From positions 32,001 through 96,000 of the forward strand of contig MTMD02000015.1 in NCBI GenBank assembly GCA_002010065.2: a stretch of DNA of 64,000 nt, given 5' to 3'. The notes below the pieces were generated by a model. It was not told the origin of the DNA. It saw nothing but the letters and a program-made list of their open reading frames with translations, and did no database searches. The position numbers and the translations under genes are program-made. The DNA is from Candidatus Pyrohabitans jungbluthii. Its GTDB lineage: Archaea; Hydrothermarchaeota; Hydrothermarchaeia; Hydrothermarchaeales; BMS3B. Numbering within the stretch: position 1 is the stretch's first letter; each line of letters starts with the position of its first letter. Below, piece after piece: positions 39,941 to 49,455 of this stretch.

Positions 39941-41122
39941 ATGGCGTACAGAACTGAGAGTGGTGCGGAGGATATTGTAAGCCGTCTTGAGGCATTGCGC
40001 AAGCGTGCACCACCACGAGAGGAAGGAGCTCCTGCTGCACCTTCACCCCCTCCTGACGATAGAAGGAGAAAAATCTACAGGATTGTGGGTATTGCTGTTA
40101 TAATAATCATAATTTTTGGTCTCTTTTTTGCAGGTTATAAGCTTATAATAAAACCTATAGAGGAGGAGGCAAAGTTAGCGGAGGAGAAGGCGATAAAGGC
40201 TCGGGAAGCCCTGGTTCAGGCAAAGAATCAGAAGATTGCAGAGATTGAGCAGGCTTTTTCAGGTCTTCCTACTAAATATGCCACTGAGAAAGATGAACTT
40301 ATCGCCCAGGTAAAGGCTGCAAAAAACATGGGGGAGCTTAATGCTGTCGACATTAGGGGAGCGGCGAACCGCGCCTGGCGCGCTTATCTCAGCGATGAGG
40401 CGGCAGCGAAGAAAGAGGTATTTGGCGAGGATAGAATGCTCATGACGGCAGGTAATCAAACCTATAAAGGCTACTCCAAGATAATCTCAGCCATATCAAG
40501 CCTAGACTTCACCCTCCTCAAGGGGGCAGTTATTGAGCAGATGCGCACAATATTCGTCCCCGTAAGGCTACCAAGAGACCAGGCTGCGGGTGGTTTCATT
40601 ATGCCCGGCGACTTTGTGAACATCTACTACAAAAACAAGACTGAGGCTGTGGAGATAGTAACAGATGCACAGGTGATTGCGATACTCAGGGCCACTGCTT
40701 CTATAAGTCTCAGCGAGAAGGAAAACAAGATTATCTCAGGACAGGGAGGCGAGGCAAAGGGTGAAGGCACAATCTCCACAGGCGGCGTTAGTTCACTTAC
40801 GGGGCCGATAAGTATAGGCGTGAGGCAAAGCAGCTCCAGCACCACATACACCGTAGATTTGAAAGAGGTGCAGAAAGCTGCGGCTGCGAACAAGATTGAC
40901 CCTACCTATATCGAGGAGGTTCTACGCAACTATGGAATAAAGCTAAGCAGACTTGAGATAGAGAGCCAGGTGGGAGATTTTGACGAGGAGTATTTGATCC
41001 TCCTGGAGATGAGGGAAGAAGAAGCAAAGGCTCTTATTTCCAAGTCTCTCTCCGATAAAGAGAGGGCAAACCTCCAGATGGTGCTCTCCAAACCTTCACC
41101 CTGGATGGCACAGGAGAGGTGA
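39941..41122 (+). CDS. DUF515 protein (CpaB/RcpC-like segment; pilus-associated in other archaea)
   Basis: N-terminal TM, coiled coil, VPVRLPRDQAAGGFIMPGDFVNIY. Confidence 0.7.
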   Translation: MAYRTESGAEDIVSRLEALRKRAPPREEGAPAAPSPPPDDRRRKIYRIVGIAVIIIIIFGLFFAGYKLIIKPIEEEAKLAEEKAIKAREALVQAKNQKIAEIEQAFSGLPTKYATEKDELIAQVKAAKNMGELNAVDIRGAANRAWRAYLSDEAAAKKEVFGEDRMLMTAGNQTYKGYSKIISAISSLDFTLLKGAVIEQMRTIFVPVRLPRDQAAGGFIMPGDFVNIYYKNKTEAVEIVTDAQVIAILRATASISLSEKENKIISGQGGEAKGEGTISTGGVSSLTGPISIGVRQSSSSTTYTVDLKEVQKAAAANKIDPTYIEEVLRNYGIKLSRLEIESQVGDFDEEYLILLEMREEEAKALISKSLSDKERANLQMVLSKPSPWMAQER

Positions 41123-42063
41123 TAGCGATGCGAGTCCTCGCTATCATCGCTGTCATTTTTTTTCTCAGCCTCTCGCTGGTGCATGCCGAAGATCTGGGTC
41201 TAAGCTTGGTTGAGTACGGGTATATTACACCTTCAGAGGTGACCACCTACATAGAGGCAACAATAGAAAACCGTGGATTTTACCGGGTATTCGTTGCCCT
41301 GCCGAAGAGCTGGGAGCTGGACATGAGCGAGTACAACGTTAAATCCTATGCGGTGAGGGAGTATGGACTCTGGAGGATTTATGGAGAGGGTAAAAACTCC
41401 ATGCTCTCCCAAGGAAAGGTATACACCACAAAGGGCTTAATGCCGAAGAGTTCGGTTACCATCACAACCAGTGAGGGTACCTACACCGGCTGGTATCTGA
41501 AGCCAAATGAGGGTCTCAAGATTAAGGTGAAAACAAAACCGATACCCAGCGAGGGTGTGGTCGACCCTCTGAAAATCGAGAAGCTCTATCCTGGCATAGT
41601 GGTACTGAAGTGGTATGAGGAGTTTGAACTTAAGCTTCCTGCTGGCAGCTACGGATGGGTTCGCGCGCCCTGGGTGGTGAGAGGCGCTACGCTAACAGAA
41701 GCATCTCCAGCACCCTATGGCGAGGCGTCAAAGACCATCATAACGGGTAAGAGTTTTGTTGGTGTTGAGGGACCTCGCGATGAGTATCTTGAGGTGAGCG
41801 TTGACGTGCCCCGCTGGGACGAGTGGCTACCACTGAGGAATCCCTTAGCTTATGCACTGATTTCAAAGCCTCTTGCAAGGACCAACCTGGAATTTATGGA
41901 GGTTGAACCCCTCGACTATGTACGCCCTGTTTGGGACACTCAGAAGCACAGGACAAGCGTAATCTACTATGCATACGAGTGGGAGCGGGAGAAGGAGATA
42001 AAGGGCATCACATTTTTCAGGGATGATATGAAGGAAATCCCGTCCTGGATGGAGCTGTTTTAG
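41119..42063 (+). CDS. Secreted hypothetical protein
   Basis: Signal peptide; coupled to the DUF515 gene. Confidence 0.65.
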   Translation: MIAMRVLAIIAVIFFLSLSLVHAEDLGLSLVEYGYITPSEVTTYIEATIENRGFYRVFVALPKSWELDMSEYNVKSYAVREYGLWRIYGEGKNSMLSQGKVYTTKGLMPKSSVTITTSEGTYTGWYLKPNEGLKIKVKTKPIPSEGVVDPLKIEKLYPGIVVLKWYEEFELKLPAGSYGWVRAPWVVRGATLTEASPAPYGEASKTIITGKSFVGVEGPRDEYLEVSVDVPRWDEWLPLRNPLAYALISKPLARTNLEFMEVEPLDYVRPVWDTQKHRTSVIYYAYEWEREKEIKGITFFRDDMKEIPSWMELF

Positions 42064-42071
42064 GTGTAGCT

Positions 42072-42419
42072 ATGCGTGAGCCCACTCCGCGCGAGGTGTG
42101 CGCATTTGAGGCAGGAATCAAGCTGGGGGCGCTTTTTCATCAGTTTATTGGCACGCCTGTGAGCGAGGCTTCTAAGGCGAGTTTGGAGGAGGCGATTCGC
42201 AGGGCGGTGATGAACCAGCCTTACGTAAAGAGGGTAGAGGTGAGAATAAGGAGCGACGTTCTGAAGCGAGCCTCCAAGAACACCTTTGGATATGCTTCCC
42301 TTTCCCCAGAGATGCTGGAGGCAAGCGTCTGGATAGAATACGGTGGGGCAACCTGCCGTGGCAGGCTGGCTTACGACGTGGAGAAAAGATATCCGCTAAT
42401 GACACTGGAGTTTGAGTAG
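42072..42419 (+). CDS. mptD: Archaeal dihydroneopterin aldolase
   Basis: FEAGIKLGALFHQFIGTPVS, QPYV, YPLM. Confidence 0.9.
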   Translation: MREPTPREVCAFEAGIKLGALFHQFIGTPVSEASKASLEEAIRRAVMNQPYVKRVEVRIRSDVLKRASKNTFGYASLSPEMLEASVWIEYGGATCRGRLAYDVEKRYPLMTLEFE

Positions 42420-42469
42420 CACCGAAAGGTAATTATTCCCCCGCTTACATATTTAATAGGGGTGTTGAG

Positions 42470-42592
42470 ATGTCGAAGTTGGACAAGAGAGGTAAGGAAA
42501 GGAAGGGTAGTGAGAAAGTCAAACTCCTGGAGAAGAAGCTCCTGGAGGAGGTGATTGCGGAAGAGGCAAAGCTGGCATCTCACTCCTCATAG
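42470..42592 (+). CDS. Small charged protein, 40 aa (MSKLDKRGKERKGSEKVKLLEKKLLEEVIAEEAKLASHSS)
   Basis: GGGGTG SD, upstream CGAAAGGTAATTATT promoter-like motif, host-like codon usage. Confidence 0.5.
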   Translation: MSKLDKRGKERKGSEKVKLLEKKLLEEVIAEEAKLASHSS

Positions 42593-44805
42593 GGCGAGGT
42601 TACCACTCGCCTTATCTCCTCTGCTATTTTTTCTCCAATGCCATGCACGCGCTCAAGCTCCTCTTTGCTGGCTGTGAATACCCTCTCAACACTTCCGAAT
42701 TCCTTAAGCAGCCTTCTTGCAAGCTTTGTGTTCACGTTGGGTAAGCCTGCGACTATAAACTCCTGCTCCTCTCTCAGCGTAGCAACGCGCTTCTCGCCGC
42801 GAATCTCCACGTAGCGCTCACCCTCCTGCTGCTCCCTCCTTGCAATCGCCGCAATAAGTGCTGCGCTCTCCGCCTCGTTAGCTGTGAAGAATATGGGTAC
42901 CCCGAGGTCTATGGCAATCGCTGCAAGGGCGCCGCGAATCGCCTGAGGCGAGATGTTGCGCTTCGCGTACAGGGAATCGCCCTCTATTAGCATTAAAGGC
43001 TTTGCATAGCTGCGCTTGAGCATCAGCGCCTGCTCAAAGAGCCTGCCATCTATTATGCTCTGCAGAAAGTCTTCGGTGGTCTTGCGCTCAACGCACACTC
43101 GAGAGCTCAGAACGTAGTCTCCCACCTCCAACCTCTTGGGCTTTGAGATTACCCCCAGCGAAAGAAGCTCACGCACCACATTGGAGGAAAGCTCCCGCGA
43201 ATCAACGACTATAGTAATGCTGCTCTCAAAGAAGTCATCTAGTGTTGAAGACTTTGGTGAGGTTTCTTGCACTTGCTTGGCTTTGCTGAACCTGCGCTTG
43301 AGGTTGGTGAGTATCTCGCGCATTCTTTTCTCTTTGCGGCGGGCGCTCCAGTAGAAAGCCTCGTCCCGCGTTTTCTCAGCAATGAGCACTATCACCCTGC
43401 CTGCGCTTCTCCTACCAGTGCGCCCGCGGCGTTGAATCGCACGGATTTCGCTGGGTATGGGCTCATAGAAGATAACGAGGTCAACCTTGGGTATATCTAA
43501 GCCTTCCTCAGCCACGCTTGTAGCCACTAATATATTATGCTCGCCGCGGCGAAATTTCTCAAGCACCTCCAGCTGTTTCCGCTGTGTGAGCCCCTCGTCG
43601 TCCCTACTCCTGGAAGCCTGCCCCACAAAGCGCGCCGCGCTCACGTTGGGAAGGCGGTTGAGCTCCTCCACCAGCTTTTTGACGGTGTCGCGATACTGGG
43701 TGAAAATTATTGCGCGCTTTTGCGAGAGGTCTTCCTTTTTTATAATCTCCAGAAGCTTCTCCAGCTTCGGGTGGTGCATCTCCTCCGCCAAGTTGGCGCA
43801 CTTGCGGAGGGCACGCAAGAAATCAACGTCATGCAGAAGCTCCTTCGTGGCCTTGGAGCGCGCAGCGCGCTGAAGACGCATGAAGTAGTGGTTCAGAGTC
43901 TCCAGCCCCTGAGTCTCCAGAAGCTCCAGCGCATGGGCAAGGTTTATGCACCCTGCCACGAGGGAGAGGGCTGCGAAGTGCTCGGGCGTCGCCTCCGTCG
44001 CCAAGCTCTGCTGAATCTTCGCCCGAATCTCTAAAAGCTCGCGCTTGCTTATATTTACCTCCGCCGACGTTGCAACGCCAAGACGCTTTAGTTCCCTGAG
44101 TCTCGTTCTAAGCGCTTTCTCAAGGGAAGCCTTTATCTCCGCAAACTCCGGCGGGAGATTTACACGAACCCACTCTACCTTTATACCCTTAATGTATGGG
44201 CGCACATCCTCGTCGCTCTCTGTGCGCACTTCAATGTTCTCTATATAGAGGTTCTCTACCACCTCTGCTATCTTCTCCTCATCTCCTCCCGGCGAGGCGG
44301 TCAACGCGAGTATTCGTGGGTGCTTCGCTTGAGTCATATAGCGCTGGGCTATGAAGGCATAGGGATAATCCCCCACACTTCTGTGCGCTTCGTCAAACAC
44401 AATGAGGGAGACTTCCTCAAGCGAATAACGCGAAGAGATGAGGTCGTTCTGCACAACCTGAGGAGTGGCGCATACAACGCGAGCGCTTTCCCACAGCGAC
44501 TGCCTCTTTTGAGGCGAGATGCTGCCCGTGAAGGTCACCACCTCATCCTTGGATAGCTTCAGAAACTTTTTGAAGCTTGCTGCATGCTGTGCCACAAGTG
44601 GCTTCGTTGGCGCAAGCATGAGCACCTTGCTTTCAGGATAGCGGCTCAGCCTGTGGGCAGCTAGTATTACTGCAATGACCGTCTTACCCAGCGCTGTGGG
44701 TGCCACTACCAGTGTATTCGCACGAGTGGCGCTGGCGAGGATTACCTGCTGATAGAGCCTCGCCTCCACCGTGCCTTCCTTTATAAGTGGGTGGGAAACA
44801 AACAT
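42580..44805 (-). CDS. hef: Hef (FANCM-like) helicase-ERCC4 nuclease
   Basis: APTALGKT, DEAH, LTASPG, QRRGRTGR, VDSRE, GDY…VERKT, HhH. Confidence 0.94.
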   Translation of the reverse strand: MFVSHPLIKEGTVEARLYQQVILASATRANTLVVAPTALGKTVIAVILAAHRLSRYPESKVLMLAPTKPLVAQHAASFKKFLKLSKDEVVTFTGSISPQKRQSLWESARVVCATPQVVQNDLISSRYSLEEVSLIVFDEAHRSVGDYPYAFIAQRYMTQAKHPRILALTASPGGDEEKIAEVVENLYIENIEVRTESDEDVRPYIKGIKVEWVRVNLPPEFAEIKASLEKALRTRLRELKRLGVATSAEVNISKRELLEIRAKIQQSLATEATPEHFAALSLVAGCINLAHALELLETQGLETLNHYFMRLQRAARSKATKELLHDVDFLRALRKCANLAEEMHHPKLEKLLEIIKKEDLSQKRAIIFTQYRDTVKKLVEELNRLPNVSAARFVGQASRSRDDEGLTQRKQLEVLEKFRRGEHNILVATSVAEEGLDIPKVDLVIFYEPIPSEIRAIQRRGRTGRRSAGRVIVLIAEKTRDEAFYWSARRKEKRMREILTNLKRRFSKAKQVQETSPKSSTLDDFFESSITIVVDSRELSSNVVRELLSLGVISKPKRLEVGDYVLSSRVCVERKTTEDFLQSIIDGRLFEQALMLKRSYAKPLMLIEGDSLYAKRNISPQAIRGALAAIAIDLGVPIFFTANEAESAALIAAIARREQQEGERYVEIRGEKRVATLREEQEFIVAGLPNVNTKLARRLLKEFGSVERVFTASKEELERVHGIGEKIAEEIRRVVTSPYEE

Positions 44806-44900
44806 TTTCTTTTAAAAGCTCTCAGCGGAAGTATTAAATATTTTGGGGAGCACAGGAAAAGTGTACCATATGTACCATAATATTTTAAGGGGTTAAGGAA

Positions 44901-45074
44901 GTGAAAAGGGAAGAGCTTGGACTGGTGCTCATAATCCTCGGAGTTGCAGTTTGGCCTATAGCTGTGGTGTTCCACATAGCAGTACGCACCGCATTGGTTC
45001 TCCATTTAAGCTTTATAATCCCGGGAGTCCTCCTCAGAGGAAGCAGGCTCCTGACAAAGCTCAGGAGAAAGTAA
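44901..45074 (+). CDS. Small two-TM membrane protein, 57 aa (MKREELGLVLIILGVAVWP…)
   Basis: GTG start, two hydrophobic stretches, basic tail; below ORF-track length cutoff. Confidence 0.55.
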   Translation: MKREELGLVLIILGVAVWPIAVVFHIAVRTALVLHLSFIIPGVLLRGSRLLTKLRRK

Positions 45075-45121
45075 TATATAGAGGATGCCCCAAAAAGTAG
45101 CTTGTTCCAGGTGAGTCGGCA

Positions 45122-45415
45122 ATGGAAAAGTCAAAAGGATTCTGGACAAAGCATACGCGGAAGGTCAGGAAGTCTGTTAGGGAGCGCGGTCTCGTGCCCC
45201 TGACGAGGATGCTTCAGCAGTTCTCACCCGGCGATAGGGTGCATATAAAGATTGAGCCTTCAATTCAGAAGGGCATGCCCCACCCGCGCTTCCATGGCTA
45301 CACCGGCGTTGTTAAAGGCAGGCGAGGCAGGGCGTACATCGTCGAGGTAAGAGATGGCAATGCAATAAAGCAGATAATCGCACTACCTGTGCATTTAGAG
45401 GCGCAGAAGCAATGA
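45122..45415 (+). CDS. rpl21e: 50S ribosomal protein L21e
   Basis: GDRVHIKIEPSIQKGMPHPRFHGYTG. Confidence 0.96.
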   Translation: MEKSKGFWTKHTRKVRKSVRERGLVPLTRMLQQFSPGDRVHIKIEPSIQKGMPHPRFHGYTGVVKGRRGRAYIVEVRDGNAIKQIIALPVHLEAQKQ

Positions 45416-45759
45416 GCGGAAGAGGTATTATTGAGGTTAAGCCAATAACCATGTATGAAGCCAGGGCTATTCTGGAGAAGGAACTGGAGGAGAGCGAGGA
45501 GCCCCTGTACGAGCAGAAGATCTGCCTAGACTACCTCAACAAGTTTGCAAAGCTCTCGCCTGAGGAAGGGCGCAAGATAGTGGAGGAAATTCTAAAGGTA
45601 AGTGACAAGATCCGTCCTGAGATAGCAGTGAAAATCGCTGACCTCCTGCCTCGGGACGAGGAGGACGTGCGCGCTATTTTTGCCAAGGAGAGGGCGATTC
45701 TTGACAAGAGTGAGATAGCAAAGATAATTGAGATATGCGCACCTTACATAAAGGACTGA
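45412..45759 (+). CDS. rpo4: RNA polymerase subunit Rpo4 (F)
   Basis: YEQKICLDYLNKF, AVKIADLLP; conserved position after rpl21e. Confidence 0.92.
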   Translation: MSGRGIIEVKPITMYEARAILEKELEESEEPLYEQKICLDYLNKFAKLSPEEGRKIVEEILKVSDKIRPEIAVKIADLLPRDEEDVRAIFAKERAILDKSEIAKIIEICAPYIKD

Positions 45760-45778
45760 GGGAGGCGCGGCGGTGGGG

Positions 45779-46360
45779 ATGGAAGAGTACGTTTATGTTC
45801 TTGATTACTTACCTCATGGAAGACCAGAGGATGAGCGTCCAATATACAAGAAAGAGCCCCTTGTCCTTGCTATAGGCGAGAAGTACCTATCCCTTCTTGA
45901 ACTCGTTCCAAAGCGCGGGGTGGAGTTAAAGCCGCATGAGCGGGTTTACATCGGCAAGAAGGAGAGGGACAAGATAGACTACATCAAGCGCAGGATAAGC
46001 TATGAGGAACTCAGCTCAGCGGCAAAAGCGGAGCTCCCTTACGTGCTGGAGAAGCTCGTGAAGAAAGATGAGAAGCGCTACGTGGAGTTCTTCAACAAGG
46101 CTGCACCGCTAACCACGCGCTTGCACATGCTGGAGCTTCTCCCGGGCATAGGGAAAAAGCTGATGTGGGAGATTCTGGAAGAGCGAAGGAAGAAGCCCTT
46201 TGAGAGCTTTGAGGACATCTCGAAGCGGATTAAGGCTATCTCTGATCCGGTCAAGCTCATAGTAAATCGCATAATTACAGAGCTTTCCGAAGAGGATGTG
46301 AAGCACGGGAAGCGCAAGTACAGGATATTCGTCTCGCCGTGGCAGAGGCGGGAGAGGTGA
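45779..46360 (+). CDS. DUF655 RNA-binding protein
   Basis: VLDYLPHG, RLHMLELLPGIGKK. Confidence 0.9.
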   Translation: MEEYVYVLDYLPHGRPEDERPIYKKEPLVLAIGEKYLSLLELVPKRGVELKPHERVYIGKKERDKIDYIKRRISYEELSSAAKAELPYVLEKLVKKDEKRYVEFFNKAAPLTTRLHMLELLPGIGKKLMWEILEERRKKPFESFEDISKRIKAISDPVKLIVNRIITELSEEDVKHGKRKYRIFVSPWQRRER

Positions 46361-47184
46361 GTCTTCTCGAAGAGACAAAGCTGATTTTGCAGAGGTATGG
46401 AATTAAGCCAAAGAAAAGGCTGGGGCAGCACTTTTTGATAAGCGAACCCGTGATAAAGCGTGAGGTTGAGCATGCTGAGCTTTCGAGAGATGAGACGGTT
46501 CTTGAGATAGGCGCTGGGATAGGCAACCTCACCAAGTACCTTTTAAGCGAGGGGTGTGAGGTAATTGCGATAGAGCGCGATCCCCTCTTAGCCAGAGTGC
46601 TGCGGGAGCGATTTCCCAGAGCAAAGCTTCGGGTAATCTGCGGCGATGCCACCAAAGTTGAGCTTCCGCAATTCGACAAGGTCGTCGCCAATCTGCCTTT
46701 TGCCATCTCCTCGCCCATAACCTTCAGGCTTCTGAGGCATAGATTCAGGAAGGCGGTGCTGATTTACCAGAAGGAGTTTGCCCAGCGCCTGATAGCCAAG
46801 CCTGGTACAAGGGCATACTCGCGAGTGAGCGTCGCCTGCTACTACTTCGCCGAGGCGAAGCTGCTGGAGCGCATCCCCCGAGGAGCCTTCTACCCGCCGC
46901 CAGAGGTGGACGCCGCACTGGTGGAGCTGACTCCACGAAGGGAGCGCATGCACGTGGATGAGGACTTCTTTCTGCGCTTTCTGGCGGCGCTCTTCCCATA
47001 TAAGCGAAAAACGCTAAAGCGTGCGCTTGCCCTTGCGGCGAAGAGGCTTTTTGGCGAAGAGGTGGAGCCTGCGAGCGTCGCCGGGGAGGAGCTTCTTGAA
47101 AGGCGAGTGTTCCAGCTTACCCCGGAAGAGCTCGCACAGGTTAGCGAGGCACTGCGAAGATGGAGTACAGAGGGGTTAAAATAA
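46357..47184 (+). CDS. ksgA: 16S rRNA adenine dimethyltransferase
   Basis: LGQHFL, VLEIGAGIG, VANLPFAISSP, FYPPPEVD. Confidence 0.93.
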   Translation: MSLLEETKLILQRYGIKPKKRLGQHFLISEPVIKREVEHAELSRDETVLEIGAGIGNLTKYLLSEGCEVIAIERDPLLARVLRERFPRAKLRVICGDATKVELPQFDKVVANLPFAISSPITFRLLRHRFRKAVLIYQKEFAQRLIAKPGTRAYSRVSVACYYFAEAKLLERIPRGAFYPPPEVDAALVELTPRRERMHVDEDFFLRFLAALFPYKRKTLKRALALAAKRLFGEEVEPASVAGEELLERRVFQLTPEELAQVSEALRRWSTEGLK

Positions 47185-47750
47185 CCACATGCGAAAAGGT
47201 TTACCCGCCCTGCGACGACACATTTATGTTAGCGGATGCCCTCGTGAGAGAGGTAAGGCAGGGAGACCTCGTCCTCGACGTAGGCACAGGCACGGGTTTG
47301 CTCGCGATACTCGCAGCCAAGCATGCTGAGAAGGTGCTCGCTATTGATGTAAGCGACTTCGCCGTAGCCTGCGCCCAGCGCAATGTCGCAGCGAACCGCG
47401 CGCTGAATGTGGAGGTGAGGAAGAGCGACCTCTTCGCAGATGTGGAGGGAAAATTCGACCTCATCCTCTTCAACCCACCCTATCTGCCAAGCGAGGAGCT
47501 TGAGCCTAAGGATGAGTTAACGCGGGCGTGGGACGGTGGCAAGGACGGTCGCAGGGTGATAGACCGCTTCATACGTGAATGCCGGGGGTATCTCACAGAA
47601 GGCGGGCGTGTGCTCATGGTTCAGTCCTCCCTCAGTGACCTTGAGAAAACCCGGGAAATGTTTTTAAGGCAGGGGTTTGAAGTAAGCGTTATTGCTGAGA
47701 GGAGTTTCTTCTTCGAGAGGCTGTACGTGGTAAAGGCGGTGCTGAAGTGA
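47160..47750 (+). CDS. HemK2/Mtq2-like release factor glutamine methyltransferase
   Basis: [29 protein letters not shown]. Confidence 0.88.
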   Translation: MEYRGVKITTCEKVYPPCDDTFMLADALVREVRQGDLVLDVGTGTGLLAILAAKHAEKVLAIDVSDFAVACAQRNVAANRALNVEVRKSDLFADVEGKFDLILFNPPYLPSEELEPKDELTRAWDGGKDGRRVIDRFIRECRGYLTEGGRVLMVQSSLSDLEKTREMFLRQGFEVSVIAERSFFFERLYVVKAVLK

Positions 47751-48325
47751 TACTCTCAGATCGTGATATAAAGCGCTATCTGCGCGAGGGCAGAATAAGG
47801 ATAGAGCCCCTCGATGAAGAGGTGCAGGTGCAGCCGAGCAGTGTGGACCTTCGCCTGGGAAACCATTTTAAAATCTTCAAACACATCCGCAAGTCCCACA
47901 TAGACCCTCTTCGCGACAACGTGGAGGAGTACACCGAGGATGTGTTTATTGAAGAAGGGGAATGCTTTATTCTTCATCCTGGGGAGTTTGTTCTCGCCAC
48001 AACCCAGGAATGGGTGGAGGTACCGCCTGAGCTTGTTGCGCGCGTTGAGGGGCGCTCAAGTCTGGGCAGGTTGGCGCTTCTCGTTCATGCCACCGCCGGC
48101 TTCATAGACGCCGGCTTCAGGGGGAGGATAACCCTTGAGCTGAGCAATGTGGGCAAGATGCCAATAGCTCTTCGCCCGGGTATGCGTATCTGCCAGCTCG
48201 CCTTTGAGATGATGAGCTCGCCCGCTGAGAGACCCTACGGGCACCCCTCACGGGGGAGCAAGTATCAGAATCAGGAGAGCGTAACTCCGAGCAGGATTCA
48301 CCTGGATAGGGAGTTTAGGGGCTGA
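47747..48325 (+). CDS. dcd: dCTP deaminase
   Basis: [44 protein letters not shown]. Confidence 0.93.
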   Translation: MILSDRDIKRYLREGRIRIEPLDEEVQVQPSSVDLRLGNHFKIFKHIRKSHIDPLRDNVEEYTEDVFIEEGECFILHPGEFVLATTQEWVEVPPELVARVEGRSSLGRLALLVHATAGFIDAGFRGRITLELSNVGKMPIALRPGMRICQLAFEMMSSPAERPYGHPSRGSKYQNQESVTPSRIHLDREFRG

Positions 48326-48328
48326 GCT

Positions 48329-48682
48329 ATGGAATACAAGCAGGTCATAGTGGTGCGAGTAGATTTAAAGATGACCCGAGGAAAAGCATGCGCACAGGTA
48401 GCACACGCAAGCCTGGGCGCGACAGAGGTAGCGATGCGGGAGCACGTGGATTGGTACGAAGCTTGGAAGCGCACCGGAGAGAAGAAGGTGGTTGTTAGGG
48501 GCGAGAATCAGGAGCATCTGGGCAGGCTCTTCGAGGAGGCGAAGAAGCTGCGCCTGCCCTGCTTCTTGGTGAGAGACGCTGGCTTGACTCAGCTTCCGCC
48601 TGGCACCACCACAGCGCTTGCTATCGGCCCCGCACCAGAGGAGAAGGTGGATCGCCTGACTGGTGAGCTGAAGCTCTTTTAA
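48329..48682 (+). CDS. pth2: Peptidyl-tRNA hydrolase Pth2
   Basis: KQVIVVRVDLKM…GK..AQVAHA, DAGLTQ, IGPAP. Confidence 0.94.
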   Translation: MEYKQVIVVRVDLKMTRGKACAQVAHASLGATEVAMREHVDWYEAWKRTGEKKVVVRGENQEHLGRLFEEAKKLRLPCFLVRDAGLTQLPPGTTTALAIGPAPEEKVDRLTGELKLF

Positions 48683-48718
48683 TAACTTCCGCCAATGTTG
48701 CTTTTCATTGTGTAGGGG

Positions 48719-49345
48719 ATGGCAGGCGAGGGTGAGAAAATTGAGCAGGAAAGTTTTGAGCAGATAGAGAAGAGACTTTCCCACATCCCCCTACCAGAGC
48801 GCGATGTGGTTAAACGCGTGGTTCACGCCACGGCTGACTTCAGCTTTGCAAGAAGCGTGTTTTTTCACCGCGACGCAGTGAGAGAGGCTGTAAAGGCAAT
48901 TCGCGATGGCTGCGATGTGATAACCGACGTTAAGATGGTGGCGTGCGGAATTAATGCACCCCGCTTGGCTAAGTATGGTGGCGAGATGAAGTGCTTTATC
49001 TCCTCGCCAGAGGTGATTGAGGAGGCGAAGAAGCTGGGAATAACCAGAGCCAGAGCCAGCGTACGGCTACACCGGGGAGAGATTGAGGGTAACATCTTCG
49101 TGGTTGGAAATGCGCCCACAGCGCTGTTTGAGCTCTTTGAGCTGATTGAAGCAGGGGTGAAGCCGCGCTTCATCGTAGCAGCGTGCGTGGGCTTCGTAGG
49201 CGCCGCCGAAGCAAAGGAGCGCGTGCTGAAATACGACATTCCGGCGATAGTGGTACGTGGAAAACGTGGAGGTAGCAACATCGCCGCGGCGATAACCAAT
49301 GCCCTGATTTTGCTGGCGGATAGTGATATAACCAGTCATTCATAA
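48719..49345 (+). CDS. cbiC: Precorrin-8X/cobalt-precorrin-8 methylmutase
   Basis: IEQESF, RVVHATADF, DVKMV, VGNAPTAL, GFVGAAEAKE, GGS. Confidence 0.92.
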   Translation: MAGEGEKIEQESFEQIEKRLSHIPLPERDVVKRVVHATADFSFARSVFFHRDAVREAVKAIRDGCDVITDVKMVACGINAPRLAKYGGEMKCFISSPEVIEEAKKLGITRARASVRLHRGEIEGNIFVVGNAPTALFELFELIEAGVKPRFIVAACVGFVGAAEAKERVLKYDIPAIVVRGKRGGSNIAAAITNALILLADSDITSHS

Positions 49346-49455
49346 GTCGCCTTAAATTTTAATGCTGATTTGTAAAGTATCGCCCACAAAGTTTTATAAA
49401 TCATAAATACAATATACATAGGGGCTAAATAGCTTATAATAGGGAGGAACTATAG

